In this document: piece after piece, positions 18,421 to 26,020 of the stretch
Layout of the letters: each line of letters begins with the position of its first letter
Numbering within the stretch: the first letter of the stretch is position 1
Assembly (NCBI GenBank): GCA_964617705.1
Contig: CAZTXU010000001.1
Location: 1 to 42,968 of the forward strand
Reading direction: 5' to 3'
From: an uncultured Muribaculaceae bacterium
Lineage (GTDB): Bacteria > Bacillota_I > Bacilli_A > RF39 > UBA660
DNA: 42,968 nucleotides
The notes under the pieces: generated by a model
Seen by the model: the letters and a program-made list of their open reading frames with translations, nothing else
The model's database searches: none
Told to the model about the DNA's origin: nothing
Translations under genes and position numbers: made by a program

Positions 18421-19479
18421 TTAAATATATTTATCTATATTATCTATCTTAAGAGCTAAATAAGGTTTTAATTGTTCTTTTTCTTTTAAAAATAAAGTAA
18501 AGGTATTATCTAAATAAAATTTTCTTTCTTTGTTAATTGTTACTAAAGAGTTTTTTATATCAATTGCAGCTTCACTTTTTACTTTACCACCTTTTTCATT
18601 GATTGAAAATTTTATTGTTTGAATTGCTTGCATAATTTCTGCTTCATTATTATCAAATGTACTAAATTTTTTATTAGTAAGTTCACTATATTCTCTTTTT
18701 ACATTAAAATTAATAATTGGCATTTTAAAAGTATCACTTTCATAAAAAGTATTATTACCTTTATAATTATTTGTTTTATTCTCTAAATTAGTATATATTT
18801 CATTAAATGTATTGCCTAAAGGATTTTTATATAAAATAATTTCATCATTTCCCTTAGTTTGAATAGATATAGCAAAATTATCATCATCTTCATAAAATAA
18901 TACTGTTATTTGATTATTTACATCTTCATTTGTATTATTATCAATTCCAAAAAAATCAACATTTTTATCTTTAAAGTTTCCTGTTAATTTTGTAAATTCT
19001 TTAGGAAATTCAAATTCTTTGTAAAGCATTACATAAAAGAAATATCTTTGAAAATTATTATTATCTAAAGAATCTTCATCCCAACCAAAATCGTTTAAAA
19101 TATCACTTTTTTGATTAAATTTTTCTAATATATTTTTTTCTATTTCTTTCTTTAATTCTTTTGTTTTTAAACCATAGACTTTATAATATGAATCTGAAGA
19201 TAACATAGTTTCATTAAAAGTTTCTTTATTTAAATTTGTAGCCATAGTAATTTGTGGATTAAAAACAATATCTTTTTTTACTACTTCATTTTTCATATCA
19301 TTCCAAACTAGTTGAAATGTACCACACCAACTACTATCATTTGAAATAATATCATCCATTGTTGGTACAACTGAAACCCCTGTAGTAAAATTTTCTTTTG
19401 GGTTATTTGGTATAAGTAATATTATAATTGTAAACATTAATATTAGTGTTATAAATATGATTAAAACATTCTTTTTCAT
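18421..19479 (-). CDS. Membrane-anchored serpin-fold-like protein
   Basis: N-terminal TM. Serpin-like blocks: RYFFYVMLYKEFEFPKEF, FKMPIINFNVKREYSEL, IQTIKFSINEKGGKVKSEAAI, and FYLDNTFTLFLKE...YLALKIDNI. Confidence 0.45.
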   Translation of the reverse strand: MKKNVLIIFITLILMFTIIILLIPNNPKENFTTGVSVVPTMDDIISNDSSWCGTFQLVWNDMKNEVVKKDIVFNPQITMATNLNKETFNETMLSSDSYYKVYGLKTKELKKEIEKNILEKFNQKSDILNDFGWDEDSLDNNNFQRYFFYVMLYKEFEFPKEFTKLTGNFKDKNVDFFGIDNNTNEDVNNQITVLFYEDDDNFAISIQTKGNDEIILYKNPLGNTFNEIYTNLENKTNNYKGNNTFYESDTFKMPIINFNVKREYSELTNKKFSTFDNNEAEIMQAIQTIKFSINEKGGKVKSEAAIDIKNSLVTINKERKFYLDNTFTLFLKEKEQLKPYLALKIDNIDKYI

Positions 19480-19491
19480 ATGACCTCCATT

Positions 19492-20154
19492 TTAAATAAT
19501 TTTCCCACTACCGCCACAATATTTAGTAGTTAATTCTATTATTTTATTTGCTACTATTTCTAATTCTTCATCTTTAGTTTCACTATTACCCATAATAAAA
19601 TATATTATATTTTTACTATCGACAGTTACTTTAGTTTTATCAACTTGTCTTATATCTAAATAACAAATAACATCATTATCGCCATCTACCAATGCGTATT
19701 CTCCTTGTTTTATTGGTTTTAAGATATCACTACCTAAAGGTAAAAACTTTTCTGTTCCATCAGTTATTTTTAAAGTTACATATTTACTTATTTTATCTAT
19801 GTCATGAGCACCTAAACACAATTTTGATTCAATTGATAAAATATTATAAATATCAACTGCTTTATTAATTTTTGGAAGTTCTTCTTTTTTTATTAATGCT
19901 TTAATTAAATTTAAAGATGCTGGTAAATTTTTTCTTCTTGGTACATTAACTTTTTCATGTAATTGATAAAAAGCTTCAATTATTTTATCATTATTTATAT
20001 CATAATCTTTATATTTATCAATTAATTCTTTTGTTTTTAATTCTCTAAATTCTTCATATTCTTTATTTTCTGTTTTATTATCAATGTTTTCTAATATAAC
20101 CGCTTTTATTTTTAATCCTAAATTTAAAACTTTTTCATCAACAATAAATTTCAT
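19492..20154 (-). CDS. B3/B4 (PheRS beta-subunit-like, COG3382-type) nucleic-acid-binding domain protein
   Basis: 220 aa. Motifs LPKINKAVDIYNILSIESKLCLGAHDIDKI and KQGEYALVDGDNDVICYLDIRQ match the stand-alone B3/B4 family pattern. Confidence 0.5.
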   Translation of the reverse strand: MKFIVDEKVLNLGLKIKAVILENIDNKTENKEYEEFRELKTKELIDKYKDYDINNDKIIEAFYQLHEKVNVPRRKNLPASLNLIKALIKKEELPKINKAVDIYNILSIESKLCLGAHDIDKISKYVTLKITDGTEKFLPLGSDILKPIKQGEYALVDGDNDVICYLDIRQVDKTKVTVDSKNIIYFIMGNSETKDEELEIVANKIIELTTKYCGGSGKII

Positions 20155-20158
20155 ATCA

Positions 20159-21034
20159 TCACTTTCTTTCTTTAATTATATCATCTTTTTGTAGTTTGCC
20201 TATTAATAATGACGAATCTAAAAAATGATTTTTATAATTATCAACAACTTGTTTTTCATCATAGTTCGCATAGCAATATTTGCAAAAGTGTTTACAAGAA
20301 TTATATACACCTATATCAACCATTTCCGCACAATTGCAATTTCTTGATTTCCACTTTTTATAAGTTTTTCCTGTTAATTTATGAGCAAGTTCTAAAGAAA
20401 TACATTCATCTTTTACAAAACCATATTCCCATAAATCATTAACTTCACAGCAAGTTTGAACAGTAATACCATTTTTGCAAGCACTTTGACTAAAATTTTC
20501 TCCAATTATTTTATAATCTTCTAAAGTAAATTTTTTAATTTTCAAAAATTTTTGATTGTTTCTTACATTTTTATAATCATCAATAAATGACACAATTATT
20601 TTTTTTACATATCCATTTAATAAATTACATAACTTATCAAATGCTTTTATGTGGTAGGAAATGGTATACTTATCACTTATAAATATTGGATCATATCTTA
20701 CAACTAAATTATCAATACCAACTATTTTAGATACTTTTTTAATGCTTTCAATTATAATTCCTTTTGGCAATACATTAGGTTCAACATCTTTTTTATAAGG
20801 TGTGATTGTAATGTGAAATAAAATTGGGGTTTCAATATAATTTAATTTATCTAAAATTGGTATAGGATTTTTTGTACAAAACAAAATTAAATCAACATTT
20901 TCAAAGTATATTCTACTTACTAATTTAGGATAAAAAGGATTTCTAACATCGATAAATCCTTCTTTATATCTATTCATAAACCAATTGCTATATAAAGCAA
21001 CTACATCTGTTCTAGAACTTACATTTAAAATCAT
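20159..21034 (-). CDS. DUF1848 family protein (Cys-cluster, DNA-repair-photolyase/radical-SAM-like)
   Basis: N-terminus MILNVSSRTDVVALYSNWFMNRYKEGFIDVRNPF, plus LFCTKNP. C-terminal Cys cluster: CNCAEMVDIGVYNSCKHFCKYCYAN. Confidence 0.6.
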   Translation of the reverse strand: MILNVSSRTDVVALYSNWFMNRYKEGFIDVRNPFYPKLVSRIYFENVDLILFCTKNPIPILDKLNYIETPILFHITITPYKKDVEPNVLPKGIIIESIKKVSKIVGIDNLVVRYDPIFISDKYTISYHIKAFDKLCNLLNGYVKKIIVSFIDDYKNVRNNQKFLKIKKFTLEDYKIIGENFSQSACKNGITVQTCCEVNDLWEYGFVKDECISLELAHKLTGKTYKKWKSRNCNCAEMVDIGVYNSCKHFCKYCYANYDEKQVVDNYKNHFLDSSLLIGKLQKDDIIKERK

Positions 21035-21038
21035 TTTT

Positions 21039-21674
21039 TCACTTCCAAATATTTAAACAATTTGTATAAAATATTTTTTTAATTTTAGGTACAATATTCA
21101 ATTTAGTTAAAATTAAAGCAAATACAATAGTTCCTATATAATTTAATAAAATATCATCAATATCAAAAACTCCAGTGTGGGTGATTGTTTGAAATAATTC
21201 TATAAATATAATGGTAGGAAGTATAATCAAAGTTTGTCTAAATAAATTATTGTATTTATCATCTTTAATTAATAACAAGAATGATAACGGTATTAAGATT
21301 GTAATATTTCCAAAAATATTTTTTAAAATCGATATTATTGAACCATATTTTAGTTGCATTGATATTGTTTTAAAAGGAATACATTGTCCTTGGTAAAACC
21401 AATCATAAAATTTTATATTAGTTCTTCCAATAACAAAAGTTAAACTAAATAATAAAATAAAATATAAAATTATATAAATATCGATATTTTTTTTATAAGT
21501 ATTATAATCATTAACAATTATTCCACAAATATAATTAAATAAACAAATTAATAACACATATATTATACACTTTAAATATGTCATATTAAAAGTATACTGA
21601 TGTTTACATAAATATATATAAGTTATAATACTTATAATTAAAATTATATATTTAAAAATATTAATTTTTTTCAT
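21039..21674 (-). CDS. VanZ-like polytopic membrane protein
   Basis: Several TM helices. The C-terminal GVFDIDDILLNYIGTIVFALI resembles the VanZ signature. Its ATG overlaps the upstream gene by 14 nt. Confidence 0.5.
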   Translation of the reverse strand: MKKINIFKYIILIISIITYIYLCKHQYTFNMTYLKCIIYVLLICLFNYICGIIVNDYNTYKKNIDIYIILYFILLFSLTFVIGRTNIKFYDWFYQGQCIPFKTISMQLKYGSIISILKNIFGNITILIPLSFLLLIKDDKYNNLFRQTLIILPTIIFIELFQTITHTGVFDIDDILLNYIGTIVFALILTKLNIVPKIKKIFYTNCLNIWK

Positions 21675-23493
21675 ATTTTAAATTATCAATACTCCATATT
21701 ATATCAACAATATCTTTATATAATTTATTCCTTTTAATAATTTCTTCTTTTTCAAATTTAGAATAAGGTTCAAAATTTAAATTATTCTCATTTTTAAAAT
21801 TGATAAATCTTGGATTATTTTTATAAGTTATTTCCCCTAAAGAAGCCGCTAAAATATTACCTTCATTAGAACAATATTTTTCTACTTTATAATCATATTT
21901 TTTGTCATTTAAACTAGCATTTATTGATTTAGGTAATAATACTAAATCACCAATATTATTTCTAAATGAATTAAATTCTTGTTCACTTGTATAAATATTT
22001 TGAAACCAATCATAGTGGTCGCAGGTTATATGTTCAACTTCATAAGGATTTTTTGTATAAATATCTATATAATTAACAAAATTATTTGGCATATCAGTTT
22101 TATTTTCTATATAACTTGTAATTCTTGCTAATAAATGTTTCATATATTTTTTAGTAAATGAGTTTAATTCCCAATTACTAAAGTTATCAAATTTGTGTTC
22201 TGATGTTAAAACATAATCAATTAATTTTTTAGAAAGTTCTTCTAAATTTAATCCTCTAATTTCGTTTGTTATTTTAAATACCCTATTTTTAATAACGTTA
22301 TATTCACATTTACTATAATTAATAACTCTTGAATAAATATACATATCAATATATTTTGATACTAAATCTAATTTTTTATTTATAATTTCTTCACTATCAT
22401 CAAAATTAATAGCTGATAATAACAATTGTGGTTGGAAAGTAAATCCTAATTGAGCATTGTAATAAATATATTTATAATTTTCATTTAATTCATTTTCATA
22501 TTTTTTTATTTTTAAATATAAATTGCTATAAAAAACAAATTTATCTATTAATTCTTCAAAATCTTTACTTGTATGTAAGTTCATTTTATCTTTATTTTCT
22601 CTAACCCACTTATGAAATCCTGAACCTATATTATCAAAATCCATCGGTATGGAATTAGCTTTTGTATCTCTTATTGTTGTTGCATAACAACCACGTAACC
22701 AATGTTTTATAAATGTTTCATCTTCAGATTTATCAAATTTTTTTAATTCTAAAATTTGTTTTTTCCATGAATCATTACTTTCTTCTCTTTTTTTATCATC
22801 AACTATTTCTGATAATAAATATCCTTTTAACATTTCTGTTGGCGTCAGATTTAATCCACGGTCATTCATACTTACAAATACTTTATGAGCATCTTGTTCT
22901 TCTGCTGCTACGATTTCGATAAAAAACACTTTTTCAATTAACCAGTCTGTAAAATTTAATAAACAATTATCTATTATATCTGTTGGAAAAATTTCATTTA
23001 TATCTGAATATCTATTCATTATATTTTTAACTGATTCACTTTTTTCATCGTATTTATAATCAGTATTGGTATAAATAGAATTTAATATTTTTTCTCTTTC
23101 TAAAACATTGATATTAAATGATTTTATACCTAAAGTTTCTGAATAAATCATTCCATCAATAGTATTATGAATTAAACCTTTTTCATTCAATCTGTTTTTT
23201 AAATATAAAAGTAGTAGTGTTAGTGAGGTTAACCTTTGTTGTCCATCAATTATAGCATTTTCTCTTCCTGATGTTAGTACAACAGACCCCATGAAATAAG
23301 CACCATAATTTAATACATTTTCCCGTGAATCTCCTAATGTATAATTATTTAAAAATTCTTGAGTTAAATCATCTATTAATTCTTCAATTTGTTTTCTTCC
23401 CCACATATATTCTCTTTGATAATAATGAATAGTATATTTAGTATTTAGTAATAATTGTTTTAAACTTTTTGGACTTCCATCTAACTTTTTCAT
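21661..23493 (-). CDS. DUF262 + DUF1524 protein (GmrSD-like, putative modification-dependent type IV restriction nuclease)
   Basis: N-terminal YYQREYMWGRKQIEELIDDL and IIDGQQRLTSLTLLL. C-terminal His-Me-finger-like EVEHITCDHY...GDLVLLPKSINASLNDKKY. Confidence 0.7.
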   Translation of the reverse strand: MKKLDGSPKSLKQLLLNTKYTIHYYQREYMWGRKQIEELIDDLTQEFLNNYTLGDSRENVLNYGAYFMGSVVLTSGRENAIIDGQQRLTSLTLLLLYLKNRLNEKGLIHNTIDGMIYSETLGIKSFNINVLEREKILNSIYTNTDYKYDEKSESVKNIMNRYSDINEIFPTDIIDNCLLNFTDWLIEKVFFIEIVAAEEQDAHKVFVSMNDRGLNLTPTEMLKGYLLSEIVDDKKREESNDSWKKQILELKKFDKSEDETFIKHWLRGCYATTIRDTKANSIPMDFDNIGSGFHKWVRENKDKMNLHTSKDFEELIDKFVFYSNLYLKIKKYENELNENYKYIYYNAQLGFTFQPQLLLSAINFDDSEEIINKKLDLVSKYIDMYIYSRVINYSKCEYNVIKNRVFKITNEIRGLNLEELSKKLIDYVLTSEHKFDNFSNWELNSFTKKYMKHLLARITSYIENKTDMPNNFVNYIDIYTKNPYEVEHITCDHYDWFQNIYTSEQEFNSFRNNIGDLVLLPKSINASLNDKKYDYKVEKYCSNEGNILAASLGEITYKNNPRFINFKNENNLNFEPYSKFEKEEIIKRNKLYKDIVDIIWSIDNLKYEKN

Positions 23494-23537
23494 ATGCCAC
23501 TCCTTAATTTCCAGTATAGATTAAATTCTATACAAAG

Positions 23538-24932
23538 TCAATATTTTAAACTTTTCTCCCATTTTTCTAATATTTTAATAATTTCTTTATTGGGTAATTT
23601 ATTATTTTTAATTCTTGCTTGTCTTATTTTTTTATTAATAACTTCTATTGTAACAAATGATTTATTTATATCATTTTTTCTTCTCATAAAATATATTTGT
23701 TTTTTTCTATTACTATAATCTTCACAATAAGTACGAACACAATTATTTTGCATTCTACTTTCATCAATCAAATCTTCTATAGAAGATGCTGGGATAATTA
23801 TATATTTTTCATCTTCATAATTATTTATTTTTAAAACATTTGAAAATTCTTTAATTTTATCATTTATTTGCGGATTATTTTTAATGGTAATTTCTAAACT
23901 TAATTTATCGTGTTGGGAAAATAAATTAGTTGGAAATAAATTTGTTTTTAAATTCAATTGTAATTCTTTTGCCATTCTTAAGTAATCATAATATATATAT
24001 AAATCTATTTTGTTTTCTTCATAATATTTTTTTAATTTTGTTAAATCTATAGAAACAAGAGAAGTAATATCTTCTATTATTTCTAAATAAATTGTTGTAA
24101 ACATTACAAGATCCATATCCTTTTTTCTACATAATTTAAAAGCTTTATAATTACTACAATTAAAATTGTTTTCTATCATAAATGATATATTTTCTTTATT
24201 TAAAAATTTTTTATCATAATCTATATCATAAAATTTATCAAACGCTAATGTATATAAATTAGATTTCATTAAATATTCAAATTGTTTAAAATGAAGTGGT
24301 CCATAAGTTATAGATAAAACATCAAATTTAAAATCATTAATATTATCTTTTATTTTCCATAATAAAGTATAACGATATAAAGTATTTTTTAATTTTTCTA
24401 AATTATTAGGATATAAATATCCTTCATCAAAAACAAAATCAGGTAAGTTATAATCTAAATCATCTATTTCATCATAAAAAAATTTTTTATTATTTATAAG
24501 ATTCGTAAAACTATTTTGTTCAACATGATATACATTTTCTATTTCAATATAAGTTGTTTTATAAGGTCCATAAGCTAAAGGATTATAATAACTAATATTT
24601 TCATTAATTGAATAAAGTAAAACATCTTCATTCACTATATCAAATACAAAATAACGGTATAATTGAGGTATATTTTTAATTTCTTTTATATTTTCAATTG
24701 TACATGTTTCTATATTTTTATCATATTTTTTTCGACATTTATGACAACAAAAATTTATATTTAACTCTTTTAAACATTTTGAACAAAAAAACTTTCTTGT
24801 GTTTTTTTCATAAATTGGTTTAGAATTTGATTTATTTATTATATATTCTATTATTTCATTTGGAATATCATTTTTATTTTTCCAATAATTAAATTCTTTA
24901 AATAAATTCTCATCAAGAGTTAATTGTTTCAT
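23538..24932 (-). CDS. PcfJ-like domain protein with internal Cys4 zinc ribbon
   Basis: 464 aa. Motifs: CSKCLKELNINFCCHKCRKK, and the C-terminal ESRMQNNCVRTYCEDYSNRKKQIYFMRR...FVTIEV (PcfJ-like pattern). It lies 44 nt upstream of the DUF262 gene. Confidence 0.45.
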   Translation of the reverse strand: MKQLTLDENLFKEFNYWKNKNDIPNEIIEYIINKSNSKPIYEKNTRKFFCSKCLKELNINFCCHKCRKKYDKNIETCTIENIKEIKNIPQLYRYFVFDIVNEDVLLYSINENISYYNPLAYGPYKTTYIEIENVYHVEQNSFTNLINNKKFFYDEIDDLDYNLPDFVFDEGYLYPNNLEKLKNTLYRYTLLWKIKDNINDFKFDVLSITYGPLHFKQFEYLMKSNLYTLAFDKFYDIDYDKKFLNKENISFMIENNFNCSNYKAFKLCRKKDMDLVMFTTIYLEIIEDITSLVSIDLTKLKKYYEENKIDLYIYYDYLRMAKELQLNLKTNLFPTNLFSQHDKLSLEITIKNNPQINDKIKEFSNVLKINNYEDEKYIIIPASSIEDLIDESRMQNNCVRTYCEDYSNRKKQIYFMRRKNDINKSFVTIEVINKKIRQARIKNNKLPNKEIIKILEKWEKSLKY

Positions 24933-24981
24933 AAATCACCTTTTTTTATTATAATCTAACTTTAAGAAAGTTAAAATATAA

Positions 24982-25908
24982 CTACTTTATCTTGTTTAAT
25001 ATTTCTTTTACTATTTTATCATTTTGATTAAATAATACCGAATAAGCTAAATAATATTTCCAAAATAACATTTCTTTATATTCCTTTTCATTTAATAGAC
25101 TAAAATCTTTTATAAATAATTTTAAGCCTTCTAATTGTTTATTAACTTTTTCACCATTTTCAGTTCTTTTATATGGGTCAACTATTACAGCAAAAATTAA
25201 AGAAGATAGAAAAATAGAAAGATAATACATGTATACGAAACCAAAGATATAAAAAACTATACTAAATATAAAAATTACACATAAATAAATAACTATTTTC
25301 TTTCTATTTATTTTATATATAAGTTTATCTTCTATGCAATCTCCAATTGTTTTTTCTTTTAATTTTTCAATATCTAATTCATCCATAATATCATTCTTTA
25401 TTAAATGTAAGATATATTTTTCAGTTCTTTTCAATTTGCTTGATTTATTAACAATTTTAATACGCGGTCCTTTTAAAGATATAATTCCTTTTAGTTCCAT
25501 ATTTATTAAAGCAACTACTATATCTTTATCTTTATTTAGTTCAAAATTATCGATATAACTTAATTATATAAGGTCATAATTTAAAATTAAATCTCTATAA
25601 TAATCTTCTTGTTTTAAAAAATCATTTTTAGAAAGTTTAGTAATTTTCGTCATTCTTTTAACTAATGGATAAATTAAAACAAAAAATACACAGTTTAACA
25701 TCAATGCAGTAATTATACAATTTATTATTTCAACGCACCATTCTGGAAATTCAATACTTTCTCCAATAAAAATACAAATTGGAATAAATATAATAGAAAT
25801 TGAAATTAATAAAGTAATTAAAACTATTCTTGACTCTTTTCTTTTTGTAGAATTGGGACTTAAAATATTTTTAAATATTTCTTTTAACTCTTCTTTTAAA
25901 TAATTCAT
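24982..25908 (-). pseudogene. DUF2207-C-terminal-like membrane protein gene split by one in-frame TAA
   Basis: ORFs 25564-25953 and 24982-25500 share one reading frame. Only the TAA at 25564-25566 separates ...DYYRDLILNYDLI from LSYIDNFELNKDKDIVVALINMELKGII... The downstream part has the DUF2207-like tail LKLFIKDFSLLNE..LFWKYYLAYSVLF. The likely start is the ATG at 25908 (GGTGATAG RBS). Confidence 0.5.
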
Positions 25909-26020
25909 ATCAACTATCACCATAAAAAATTCTAAAACAACAAATATTATCATAATTATACTAAATTTCTATATAAAAGTCTAACATAAAGTTATTGTTA
26001 TTATAACTATTTCATAAATC

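Noticed and set aside
25564-25566. Possibility that in-frame TAA codons (here, and in the ATPase pseudogene near 32813 and 32311) reflect stop-codon reassignment.
   Set aside because: Many of the intact genes whose stops I checked end in TAA at positions matching family-typical C-termini, and TAG and TGA are also used as stops (parE, hsdM, the sugar transferase). The standard code with genuine nonsense lesions is the simpler reading.
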